A stretch of 53,651 bases of DNA from Neophaeotheca triangularis (lineage: Eukaryota), in NCBI GenBank assembly GCA_054600435.1, contig BAAIJX010000017.1, positions 372,001-425,651 on the forward strand. Reading direction: 5' to 3'. This document shows positions 1 through 11,462 of the stretch, piece by piece. Made by a program: the position numbers and the translations under genes. The notes under the pieces were generated by a model. That model made no database searches. It saw nothing but the letters and a program-made list of their open reading frames with translations, and was not told the origin of the DNA. Every line of letters begins with the position of its first letter. Position 1 is the first letter of the stretch.

Positions 1-767
1 CGAGATACCTTTTTGCGATGGGTTAGGTAGAGGGAAATGACTCGGATTTCATTCATGTATGATGGATGGACCTTTGCCTGTTCGCTGTATCTCACAAGCG
101 CATCTGGTGATTCTTGCCATGCCCAATATTAGTGCTATACTCGACTTATCCACGACAATATAGTTGATATACACGTTGCCTGAGTAGTTATGGATTAAAG
201 GCTCGGATTTCGAGAGGTACACCGCGGCCGTCGATCGTCTGGACCAACCTACAGCGGCGAGAAACACTCGCTACATAACTATCAGACCAATTCTTCAGCA
301 GAGACGCAGCCGATTTGCGCGTTTGTTAGTGGTCGAGAAGGCGACTCGAAGATTTGCTTGCATGTCGCCGAGAGTGAGTAGAGAAACATCCATGAATATA
401 TGAGAGGTCAAAGGAAATTAGTCAAATTGCAACACAACATACAAGACCGAAAGACCTATGATATGGATCACAAGTAGGCAGATCTCTGTGAGACGATATG
501 ATAGCGAGAGTTACATATCTTGTCAGACTTTTTACGCGGTCTTGTCAGCGTGAATCAATCCCCATCTAGCCCTGACAGAATCACCTCATTGTCACTCTTA
601 CCACCGACGGTGGATTGTGTCGATGACACCCACTCGCTTTGCGATTGTTGGCCACCTGGCTCTGTCTACTTTGCTCTTCCCGGGATGCTGCCCATCGAAT
701 GTTTCGATGCTAGAAGGTGCAGTGTTCTGATTTGGAGGTCCCCATGACGAGCAGGCCTCACCATTGA

Positions 768-1869
768 TCAGTTAGCATAAGGTGGGTCAACGTATTTGAT
801 CCTGCCGCCTTTCTTGGTGACCTTTGGAGGGCGCCCACCTTGTGCTGGCTGTTGCGGGCTCTTGATGATGCCAGAGCGCTTTCCCGTCGACGTAGCAACA
901 GCCTGAGACTGACCGCTACTGGCTGCCTGCATGTAGCTCGGGGCGCTTTCTGTAACCGCAGCCGTGAAGCCATCGTTCTCCTTGTCTGAGCCATCGTCTG
1001 GGACATGAGTCTGGTTGGCGTGGCCGCTGGTCGAAGGTGCGGAATTGTCTCTGGGGCTGACAGTGAAAGATTGCTCTGCTTCGCGGCTGTCGGATGCGAC
1101 TGGGCCTTTTGCTTTGGACTCGGAACGGTGGAAGGCGCGGTAGATCGCAGTGTCGTGGAACGGAATGGCGTGTCGTGGGGTCGCCGCAAGGGGGAGTTCA
1201 CGGTGGTCCGCTGGCTTGACGATAGGAATGGCGTGAGACAGCTTCTGCTTGCTGCCGTTTGCGTCGGTGGAAGACGCGTGAGTCGCTGCGGTAGGTAAAT
1301 GCATGGCATATGATGGTTGAGCAGAAGCGGGCTTGGTGTTGCTGAAAATACCAGCGAAAGCCATCTGATCGATCTGAGGTACCGGCGTTGAGAAGGTGGA
1401 CCGTGGAGTAGGCGCGGTGCGACAGCCACTGAATGTCGATGGGTCAAATGCAGAGAAGTCGCTGTAGGAGCCGATAGCGGACGAAGGTGGGAAGGCCATC
1501 ATGGCTTGAGGGTACTCCTGGTAGATTGAAGGTGTCTCAGACAGAAGCGGCGAGGCGACGTAATCCTGATAGATGCCTGGAAGTTGTGATTGATTAGCTC
1601 ATGGCACCTGCAGAGTGAGAAGGGTACTGTGTAGACTTACGCTGAGCTTCAGCTTGCACGCGTCCTACCTCCTGCCAGGACTGTTGCACCAACTCTTCCA
1701 CGTCGAGGTCCAGTAGAGTTGACTCAGGCATGCTGGCCCATAAGCATACCAATGCAGTGAATGATTGACGCAGCTTTGGGCGAGCTTCTGCGGTGGTGAG
1801 CGCGGTGGCCCAGTGATGGAAAAGAAAGTGGACAAACTTGTCTGGCGGCAGCGGGTTGGTCGTGTTCAT
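768..1869 (-). CDS. Hypothetical protein, about 345 aa, 2 exons (1869-1641, 1576-768): helical N-terminal domain plus S/T/P/A-rich tail with basic C-terminus
   Basis: ORFs 1594..1869 and 768..1502 join in frame through a 64-nt intron 1640-1577 (GTAAGT donor, GCTAAT branch, CCAG acceptor), giving ...QAEAQR-IYQDYVASPLLSETPSIYQEYPQAMMAFPP. ATG context CCGCCACAATG with a pyrimidine-rich leader. No family recognised. Confidence 0.75.
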
Positions 1870-4800
1870 TGTGGCGGTTGTTGTTGGAATGGGCTGGAGT
1901 AAGCTATATGTGCAGATTACAGATGCACAAAGTAAGAGGGGCGGGTGTAAAGGTGAGGAGAGAAGAAGAGAAGAAGAAGAGACGAGAAAAGGTATTGGTA
2001 TTTGGGAGACTTATGGAACCACCTGAGCTCGGACCCTCAGCTGCGTTTTCAAGGAAGGAGCCACTGAGCTTTAACCCACACGTGCATAAGATGCCTGAGG
2101 CAAGATCCCATTCTCATCCGATGCTACACTTGGCTTCTCGGCGCTGGGCTAGAGTCTGCTCGGATGCTCATGAAGGAACCAGGGGGTGGTGTGCCATGAC
2201 CGTACCGTGCTGTATCTTCGACGTCCGTCAGCATCAGAAGTTGGAAGCCGCCAGGAGTAAAGCAGTAAAACTATGACCCTGCGCAGGAAGCAGTCGTATT
2301 TGCACCATTGACGAGCACAAAGTAGGTGTTGCAGTGTCCGTGTGATTTCTCGGCGGGGACTTCAAGTCTACATCTTTCATGGTACGGGTCGTTGTGATTG
2401 CACATTGGTATGTTCGCAGTGCCATACTAGGGTAGCAGTCAGCAAAAATTAGCAAGAAGCCGCTGAGAGCAATCAATAGAACCCTCCAAACCTATAGTGG
2501 TGGCCTTTTCGATGCTAGGTTGCTCCCAGCGGCGTGGGACACCTTTCGATACGAGCCCTGAGCCCTCTTCGAGCCCAATGCTGATAGGCTTGTCGTAGGA
2601 CAGTCGAGTACGTGGCCTAGTGAAATCCCGCCGAAGATGCTGGGAACCCAAATATTGCCTGCTCAAGTTAGTCTCGACAATGCTCCTGGCCATCCAAGAT
2701 GTTCGTGAGCCTAGAGACCGAAGGCCACTGGATGGGCAACCCCACCCGTTACGGCAAGAGGGACTAGGATGCGGAGCTGCCTACAAACATGGGAGTCGCT
2801 GGGAAGGGAGCGTTCAATCTCACTTTCATGGGAGTTGCTCGAATATTAAGCCCACCCATGAAGCTGCTCGAGGTGTTGGATTGCATAGCAGGCACGGTAG
2901 TTCTTCAGGCTTGCGGTCTGGTGGCCATATTCCTCTTAGGGGCTGCTTAGGCGGTAACACTTGACTTCCAGCACTTGCACGTGGGTGGGACAGGAACAAA
3001 TCCGGAGGTAATGCCAAAAATCAATAGGATCTGACGCTCATCCTGTCAGTCCGCTTCTCCCAAACACGATGGGGTCAAATCTTCTCGTGGTACCTGACAT
3101 ACAAACCTTCGCAACGCCCTGATCCTGGGGTGTTTCACCTTTGGACACCTATGGTAACCTCTGAAGCCTGATGTTATCCTATGTGGCGCGATGCCCACGG
3201 CTCGACGAATAGATGTATTGTTGGATCCACCACGGCCAGGCCTCTCGCAGCGGCAATGGATCGTTGACACCCCTGAGCAGAGTGTCAAAAAGACCAGCTG
3301 CTCCCAATGCATATGATAGCATCTACCTACCAGCACGTAATCGGCAAGGTCTGCACCTGGTAGGCATGGTCACTGTTGTAATTGAAATCCGGCCCATGGG
3401 CTGTTGTTGAGCCAGCTGGACTGTGCTCTGTTAGTGTAGCCGACTAGACAGCTTTCAGACCCACCAGCACGTAACTTCCACCGTCAATTCTCCTGCTCAA
3501 TACCTTCATGAGCAACCTGTCTTCTCGTCAAATGCTGAATGATATTGAAAGAGACCCAGCCGAATAATTGATGGAGACACGGTGATGTTTCGTTCTCGTC
3601 GTGATGGAGAAGGTTCAAATGCTTGCGGGCAACGCGATGTAACTGAACCACGGGCGGCATCTTTGCTCGTGAAGGTATGGCCAAAAGTCGGGAGTTGATA
3701 CTGGACCTCGACGAGGACGCTACGTGGACTCGAGTACAGGAAGCCACTCGGGTCTCGGTAATAGCCAACAGGTGACAGCGTACACCGCCGGACCCAGGCT
3801 TCGTCGGCCCGCTAAGGAAATGAAGGACCACCAACGAGTACTACCCAGATAGTCGCCTTCAGTATTTCCTCCGCGAATCAACCTTTGGCCTTCTCATCCC
3901 CTGATGTCTCCCATGGGCTTCGAGACGTTACGTCAACGACACTACAGGGCCTGGACTGTCAGAGACTTCACCTTGCAACAGCTGAGGGCACGATGTCACC
4001 GACAAAAGATACGAAGGTACTGGGTGATGACCTGATTCTTGGAACCTCGGAAAGCAAACTTCAATACAAGTGCGATCAGCACCTGACCTGTCCCGCCCAG
4101 AAAAGGCTGACCGCAAGAGCTCGACAGCTAATATAGCAAAGATCGTCGGGACAGCTGCCCAACGTCACGAGAAACTGCGAATGCTTTTGGCCCAGCAACG
4201 GCCACGGAACGCAAAAGTTCTTCGAGCGCGTTTTGCCGCTCACTCTCAAATGTAGGAGTGTGAATTTATTTTGGGGGCTAAGGCCCAGCAACCTTTTTGC
4301 CGGTGAAGGTGCCAGCAAGATACAGTCGCGGCGGCCTGCCGCCAGTCACTCTGGGCGATCGTAGCACATCCCAGTAGGTTCGTTCTAGCCTGGCGACGCT
4401 TCTCGGCGCTACCGTTAAGGCAGGTGAGCCAGCTAGAGCTGCCACCATTGCCCTGCCTTGCAAACAAACATCGCAGTTGAAATGCTCACCTGTATGGCAA
4501 AAGCCTTTCACCGATACCACCAGAGACGACCCACTCGAACCCGCAAGTGTCTCGTACAATACGACCATCCAGCGAAGAGTCAGGAGGACCTAGGTGGAGA
4601 GATCAGAAACTACTGCCGTCGCTGCCGACCTTCTCCCCAGCCAACAGCCAAGAGACCTCGCAACCTCCGCATTTTCGCCCCCGCGTTTCACCCCATCCGA
4701 GCGCCAACGACCGCCCAAGCTCCCGGTACGTATATCTACGTACCTCGAGTGTAACCAGCGCAACCATTCAAATCACATAGTCTGCGCCACCCTAGCAATA

Positions 4801-5102
4801 ACTCAAACAGAAGCTTGCAATGTCCACCAATGCGACGCATGTTATGCGGGGTACGTACTCGTGACTTCCTTTGCTGCTTACGACAGCAGAGAGGCAGGTC
4901 ACCCCCCCCTTTGTTCGCATTCAAAAAGGAGCTTTCTCCCGTCGTACACGCCCGTTCCTTTTTCCCTCCCAAGCCCCTTCTGCCTCTCTCTCCAGGTCGC
5001 AAAGTCTCTACGTACTCTCTTGTACCTTGCCTTAACCCTCATCTTAGACTCCCTTCACCACCACCACAACAACTTCAACTTTCTCGCTCCACTCCAGTCA
5101 CC

Positions 5103-5303
5103 ATGCTCGGCACCAAGCTCGGCCAGATGACCAGCAGCCAGATGTTGTACAGTGGTGCTGCCTGCTACGCCAGCGTCAGCGCTTTCGCTGCCTTCTGGCT
5201 CACCCTCAGGATGCCCGTCCAAGCCAACACCCAAGGCCCATACAACTACCACCGAGCCATCAGGGCCGGACGTCGCGTCCCATGGAAGCGCCTCAGGCTC
5301 TAA
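5103..5303 (+). CDS. Candidate 66-aa single-pass microprotein (MLGTKLGQMTSSQMLYSGAACYASVSAFAAFWLTLRMPVQ...RRVPWKRLRL)
   Basis: CACCATG context after a CT-rich leader (about 4955-5100). Codons are strongly C/G-ending. One hydrophobic segment is followed by an Arg-rich tail. No homolog recognised. Confidence 0.5.
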   Translation: MLGTKLGQMTSSQMLYSGAACYASVSAFAAFWLTLRMPVQANTQGPYNYHRAIRAGRRVPWKRLRL

Positions 5304-6982
5304 AGCATTCGCCCACGCCAAATGAGGACTACCGGGAGGCACATCGCGAGTCGATGCCTCCATGTCCCCTCGAGGGAGCTGCCTCAGTGCCATGCCAGCG
5401 TGAGGTTTTTTCACCCAGGCATTCTCGCCCTCGACCCATCATCCATCTACCACTTCGACCACGATTCATCACCACTGTCTAAATTCTTCGAAGATACCAC
5501 GGCATTCACTTTTGTTCAATCATCACACAACGTCCTGCAAATACGATCTGCGACAAGGCTCCAGCATTACCATCTCCCGTCGCTTTTCCTGATCGCCTAC
5601 CATCACCATCAGAGTCAGCACTCGACATCCACACCTCAAAGCATTGTCGACAAAGGAAGACGTCATCGCGCTGTTTCCAAACGACTCACATTGATCTCGA
5701 CCACTGACAGTTCAAGCCTGGCGTAGGCTACTGCTAGCGAGGGAGATTTTTTTGCTTGCTTACGCTCGGGGGTCGATGCACATGACGACGGGCGTTTTTC
5801 TGTTTACGAAGTTAACGAAGGGAGATACTCGTAGAGTGTCAGATAGCTGTAACGCTCCGGACTCCCGGTTCACAACAAACGTTGTCTCATTCTTGTGCTG
5901 TTGCTGTTAAATCGCGTTCAACCGTTGGTAGCTGTGAGACGTACTTCAATCAATCGATACGGTAAAATACTTAACTTTGTCCGAGCAAAAACAAATCGAG
6001 CCGTGACTCGCAATTACGTTCCCATGCTCCCACATGCGCGCCGTTGAGTTTTCTGTTCTTGCTCTTCGACGCAGACCATCCGACTGTTGCAGTCTAACTC
6101 ACGTATTATTGCCATGAGCGCAAAATATCTCGACTTCGGCACCGCGTCCCTCAGAAGCAAGGTTTGACTCGTGGGTATTTCGCAAATCTTCAGGACGCGG
6201 TCGCTCTAGCTGACCAGCACGATGTTTTGAGTTTCGAATTACTTGCAAACGTCTGCCTGCTCCAAGACAAGTCGCGTTCATGGAAGCGGTTACGACAACT
6301 GAGGTCACCTCTTGGTCTCAGGCTACGGTAGGTAGGTAGTGGGAACGATTTATCAGGCAGATGATGAGCCAGCCTCGTTGCGGATTACGGCAGGCGTGGC
6401 GGCATGCTCCAACGGAACCTAGGTAGACGTCTGCTTTTACCCGGCTCGGATGACAGGTGCGGCCGGGACAGGGCAAGTTGAGTTGCCTGGATGCGACAGA
6501 CTCTGTGTCGCGACAGGGAGAGTTTACGTGATGTATGTTGGAGACTTTTAGGTAGTATCGGGAGTTGCACCACCTTGCGGGTGAAACTGTAAGGGACAGG
6601 TCACAGAGGCCCTTACAGTACGTTTGGTGTGGCCCACTTGTTTTGCGAGGGCGGCTCTGGAGCATTTCCCTCTCCTGACGCTCCTGAGTTGCAGCCTAGG
6701 AGTGGATCGACAGCTGACGATGAGGTACTAGTATTGCGGCTCTTGTTGGCTCCGTATCGTGCAGTAGGAGTCATAACAAACTGGAAGGTATTGTTCACCA
6801 TTTCTGTCCCAACACGAAAGGAGGCCTGAGCACGTGCCTGAGGTCCAGAAACAGACACTACCTAGGTACTATCAGGGTACTTTACTGTTGAGGTAAGAAT
6901 AGCATAGCATACACATTATCATTGCACAATTAATTCAGCTGCTGCAGTCTGCAGGCAATAGGATCATACTCATAATAACAAG

Positions 6983-7003
6983 AATAATAATAATAATAAT
7001 AAT
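6983..7003. repeat. (AAT)7 microsatellite upstream of hacA
   Basis: Read directly from the sequence. Confidence 0.9.
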
Positions 7004-7275
7004 GCCGTTCCAATACCGAATAGGTACTCTCATCAATAATGTTATTATTATGTGGCTGCCTCAACCGTGACTCGTAGTCTGCCCTCTGCTGATGTACACA
7101 ACAGCAAGGACGACTCGCATCAGGAACCGAAAAGGTCCGAAACAAGGGCCATGCCCCAAGTCTCACACGTCGCGCTTTCCCTTTGTTTTGTTGGCTCTCC
7201 CACCCACATCCCCGCCCCACCCTACCCTCGTTAGTGGAGTCTGGCCTTGGCGGCACGTGCGTCCCCCCCTGAGGA

Positions 7276-7283
7276 TACGTGTC
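7276..7283 (+). promoter_or_regulatory. Candidate UPRE (TACGTGTC, Hac1 UPRE-2 type) in the hacA promoter/5' leader
   Basis: Matches the TACGTG(TC) Hac1-type site, ending 77 nt before the first ATG. Further ACGT cores at about 7165 (ACACGTC) and 7254 (CACGTG). hacA autoregulation is known in filamentous fungi. Confidence 0.5.
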
Positions 7284-7359
7284 AATAAGAATCCGGCTGC
7301 CTGCCTGCCCGCCCTCTCTTCCTTCCCCATAATCAACCTCCGCCTGCCGACACGATGCC

Positions 7360-8439
7360 ATGGAGGGCCATCAACAGACACCGTCCACCTGCACTCCCCT
7401 CGACACCATGTCCCAAGAACAACAACAGTTTCTCAAGCTAGAGGACGTACAACACTCTGTCGCCGGCTCGCCCTGTCCCTCTTCCTACGACATGTCTCCC
7501 GATTCCTCCTCTCACAACAGCCAGACCTCGCCGGCTCCCGTCTTCGTCACATCCAAGCCTGCGAAGAAGAGAAAGTCATGGGGTCAGACCCTGCCCGAAC
7601 CCAAGACTACTCTCCCTCCCCGAAAACGAGCCAAGACCGACGACGAGAAGGAGCAGCGACGTATTGAGCGGATCAAGCGAAATCGTGCCGCCGCACACAA
7701 TTCCCGGGAACGCAAGCGGCAAGAGACCGAGACGCTGGCCGTGCAAGTCGCGAAGCTGACGGCTAAGCTGAACGCCTATGAGCAACTGCATGGCCCCTTG
7801 CCGGCTTCAGTCGTTCTTCCGGAGGTGACACTACGCACCGAAGACGGGTATGTTGCTTCTCATTCAACCCAAATCTCGAGGCATGTGACGAGTACTGACA
7901 TCTATGATTAGTGGCACTCCGGTACCTTCCTTGACAGGCTCTCGCGCCTCCATCGACGAATCTGCCCTCAGCCCATGCTCTCCCAATGACGACCTTCACG
8001 ACATGAACGTACACATCAAGCAAGAACCCACCGACAGTAACGGTCCCACTCTTTACCCTTCTCTCTTCGAAACCCCAGATGAAAAGCAACCTTCCATGCC
8101 GGCGCACTCAACGCGGCTCGACTCGACACAACATTCTGCAGCAATGTTGTGTGACCTGCAGTGTCGGTCGAGTCCGCGTTCGAGCAGCACCGGCTTGGAA
8201 AACCCCCACCGTATCTGGGCTTCTCTGATTCTCTACCTTCTCAACCTTCAGATGCAGACATGCTACAAGAGCATTCTGCTGGCAATATGGACTCTTTCTC
8301 CTTCCCGGATGACGCGTTTGGTACAAACTTCGACCATGCGTCTGGCTTCCTTACCCAACCTCTCGACTTCTCCTTTGACGACTTCATCGAGGAACCCCCT
8401 TCTCTTGCGAGTAACGGCCTTGGCTCTGGCGCAGCGTAA
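7360..8439 (+). CDS. hacA: bZIP transcription factor HacA/Hac1, induced (Ire1-spliced) form, about 331 aa; exons 7360-7847, 7912-8138, 8159-8439. The unspliced form runs to 8653 (about 409 aa)
   Basis: Signature KKRKSWGQ.LPEPKT.LPPRKRAKT.DEKEQRRIERIKRNRAAAHNSRERKR. Spliceosomal intron 7848-7911 (GTATGT..CTGAC..TAG). Removing 20 nt shifts into an acidic frame ending LDFSFDDFIEEPPSLASNGLGSGAA. An in-frame ATG at 7408 (CACCATG) may be the real start. Confidence 0.95.
8110..8180 (+). other. Ire1-cleaved unconventional 20-nt intron (8139-8158) inside a bifurcated stem-loop
   Basis: CTG|CAG at 8136-8141 and 8156-8161, 20 nt apart. Hairpin 1: ACACAACATT (8126-8135) / AATGTTGTGT (8143-8152) with loop CTGCAGC. 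Hairpin 2: GAC/GTC with loop CTGCAGT. Basal pairings GACTCG..CGAGTC and AACGCGG..CCGCGTT. Confidence 0.95.
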
Positions 8440-9593
8440 TGCAGCGACTGGCCTGGCATCCTCGCTAGAAGGCGCTCATGCGCTTCAGCGGCAGTCTCTT
8501 GATAGTCTCAACAGGGAATCGATGGCTGGAAAGGATCGGCAGGCTGGCGGTCACTGTATGAATCAGGAAAGCACCACCCACGGAATGAATGATGAGGAGT
8601 CAAACATGGAAGGTCAAAAGAAAGGCGTATGGAGTGAGGGTCATTCTGTCTAGATCGATTTTGTGTGTACCATCAACATGAGCCAATGTGCTGAGATTCG
8701 ATCACCACCAACAACATCAGATTTTTCCATCTTTCCGTCCTGTCGAAATCATAACTTGCAATTTCTCTTCCATTACGGGTAGAGATGTGGTCGTTGATCG
8801 ATATCGATCATCACCTAGGTACTGTTTGCCCAATGACATCTAGATGCCAACGCTCGTGGTGTTTGGACGATCGCACTCTAAATAGATCATACTTTGGTAC
8901 CTCGATCGTTATGCGGGCGCTCAGTCCACACATCATCGTCTTGGACCCGCGCCGTGATCGGGAGGCGCAGCCCACCTGGTTTTGCCGCTTTATCGCACAG
9001 CATCATGAAGTCGTCACCATGGTGGTGTCGTGAAGGAACTGGAAACACTCGTTGCATTCCAATCAGTAAAGGTCTGGTGTGTTTCGTACTTACCCGCAAC
9101 AATCATACTATGTACTCAAGCTCTCGATAATGGTAAGAGGTACATCCTCGCCGTCTCCTTCTAAACAGGGATCGAATCGAAGGCGTCATCCAGCGAGGAA
9201 TCTAGGCCCAACGTCTACTAGTGCATCCATTACGCGCATCGAGCAACAAAAAAGTATGCCATATCATCAAATGGAAATGAATTGTTATCATCGCCCGGGC
9301 GAACGGTGGCTGCCTACGCACGTAGTCGATCTATGATAATAGGAAGCGCCTTTGGCTGCTCGACGACATCAACACTCTTCTACCGGACAAAGACATCTTC
9401 TTGTCGACTTCTCGACGTTCTTTGCGCCAACTCCTAGTTCGGACCCACAGGCACAGATCCCAGCGCGAAACCCGCACCACAAGAGATAAACTCGCACGAC
9501 TGCTACTACCACTCCATACGATTAAAGAGTAGCAACAGTGCAGGCGCCACGACTCCCACCCACTCCCTCTTCCACACCCCTACATACCGTACA

Positions 9594-10919
9594 ATGGCGC
9601 CGCCGAGGTCCGCTCCCCAATCCTCCGACAAAGCCGCCCTCTCCACCATTCTCCCGCCCCTCATCTTCGGCACCGCAACCTTCAACTACCAATACAACCA
9701 CGACCCCTACGTCCTCGACACGGTAGGCCTCGTGCGCCAGGCGCTCGAGTTTGGCATCCGCGCTTTCGACACCTCGCCCTATTACGGGCCTTCGGAGGAA
9801 ATCCTCGGCGCCGCGCTCGATACCGAGTTTGTTCGCTCCAGCTTCCCGCGTGAGGACCTCTTCCTCATCACTAAAGTCGGGCGGATCGCGGGTGATGAGT
9901 TTGACTACTCTCGTGAGTGGGTTGCACGCAGTGTGAGGCGGAGTTGCGAGCGGTTGAAGACGCGGGCGTTGGATCTGGTTTACTGTCACGATGTCGAGTT
10001 TGTGAGCGAGGAGGAGGTTATGGAGGCTGTGCGGGAATTGCGGCGCTTAAGGGATGAGGAGGGCCTGGTGCGCTACGTGGGGATTTCCGGATACCCGCTG
10101 CCAGTGCTGTGTTCGATTGCCGAGAGGGTGTTGAGGGAGACTGGCGAGCCGCTCGACGCGGTCATGAGTTATGCGAACTTCACACTGCAGAATACCTTGC
10201 TGGCTGGCGAGGAGGGCATTGGGAGGTTGAAGCGGGCGGGCGTGGATGTCGTCCCCAATGCTTCGCCGTTGGGGATGGGCTTGTTGAGGAAAGAGGGCAT
10301 CCCCATTGGGAGTCTGGGGGATTGGCACCCTTCGAGCAAAGAGCTGCGAGCGGCCGTCGCCAAGGCCAGCGACTTCTGCACCCGCCATGGCGAGAAGCTC
10401 GAAGTCATTGCCATTCGCTACGCGCTCGAGACGTGGCTGACCGTCGGTGAGTCGGTCGGGTCCCGAGGCGATCCGGCTTCGGGGGTGGCATGGCAGCGCG
10501 AGTCCAACGAGCAAGTCGGCGGCAAGCGACTGGGCGTGAGCGTCATGGGCGTCAGCAAGAGCTCGGAGCTGGAGAAGACGATGCAAGTGTGGCGCAGCAT
10601 CCTCGACGGGCTGGAGAACGGCGAGGAGACTGCGCGCCGCGCGGGCCGCTGGAAGCGCGACCACGAATGGAGTCTCAACCGCCAGCGCGCCGTACAGATC
10701 CTCGCCGACGGTATCCAGGAGCACCTCGACGCTTACTTGGATTATGTGTGGCAGAGCCCCGGGCCGGGTTTCGTCAACAAGCGCGCTGCGAAGACGTCGT
10801 CGTCGAAGGTTGTGGGCGGCGGCGGCGTGGGAGAGCCTTGGTTGACGCCGGCCGCGAGTCCGCAGCCTGATGATGGCAACGCGTATGAAGGTGACGAGAT
10901 GCCGCTGCCGCTGAGGTGA
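9594..10919 (+). CDS. Aldo-keto reductase, D-arabinose 1-dehydrogenase (Ara2) / L-galactose dehydrogenase-like, 441 aa
   Basis: LIFGTA start, catalytic motifs FDTSPYYG, ITKVGR and YCHDVEF, plus YVGISGYPL and NASPLGMGLL. Single exon. Confidence 0.9.
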   Translation: MAPPRSAPQSSDKAALSTILPPLIFGTATFNYQYNHDPYVLDTVGLVRQALEFGIRAFDTSPYYGPSEEILGAALDTEFVRSSFPREDLFLITKVGRIAGDEFDYSREWVARSVRRSCERLKTRALDLVYCHDVEFVSEEEVMEAVRELRRLRDEEGLVRYVGISGYPLPVLCSIAERVLRETGEPLDAVMSYANFTLQNTLLAGEEGIGRLKRAGVDVVPNASPLGMGLLRKEGIPIGSLGDWHPSSKELRAAVAKASDFCTRHGEKLEVIAIRYALETWLTVGESVGSRGDPASGVAWQRESNEQVGGKRLGVSVMGVSKSSELEKTMQVWRSILDGLENGEETARRAGRWKRDHEWSLNRQRAVQILADGIQEHLDAYLDYVWQSPGPGFVNKRAAKTSSSKVVGGGGVGEPWLTPAASPQPDDGNAYEGDEMPLPLR

Positions 10920-11462
10920 GGCTGATACGGGTGCTGGCGATTTGATTACTTTTTTTTTTGGGATAGATACCTACTTGATATTCCCCCTGGTGGTTGGGGG
11001 GGAAATGGGAGAGGACACGATTTGAGAGCGTTTGTCACGCGCAAATATATAGTATAGAGACTACGGGAGGAATCTAAATTACGAAACCCCCTCCTTATTC
11101 ATACGGGATCAACGGGGACTTTCTTTGGCCGTTTGATCTTCTTGATACCTTTCGCGAATAGTGAGGGAGTGATTTCTCACCAGTCTGGCGACCGTAGCAG
11201 CACCGTCCACACAACCCCCAGTGGGCTTTGGCGAAAGTGCCACTTGTTAATTCGGCGCATGGGCTCTCTTGATACCCAGGGCTACATACTGTACCTCTGG
11301 AGATGTGGGATCTTGGGTCGGACGGCAGTTGGGAAACGAGGATGGATGATGCCCGAGCAGAATTAGTTACCTATCGTGTCTGCGGGAGCATGTGTGGTGA
11401 AGTTGCCGACGAATATTCTCCTTACTCCGGGACACGTCATTGTAGGCAGAGATAAGAGGTGG

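Noticed and set aside
768..5726. Orphan genes as mating-type-associated ORFs
   Set aside because: No alpha-box or HMG gene and no APN2/SLA2 flank in the window.
7092..7667. 191-aa ORF overlapping the hacA 5' end as a separate gene
   Set aside because: Arg/Pro-rich alternative-frame product with no domain. At most an upstream ORF.
10047..10870. Long antisense and alternative-frame ORFs over real genes (also 16039-16797, 18616-19203, 24628-25434, 32566-33492, 39549-40493)
   Set aside because: Shadow ORFs expected from high GC and biased codon usage; no recognisable protein features.
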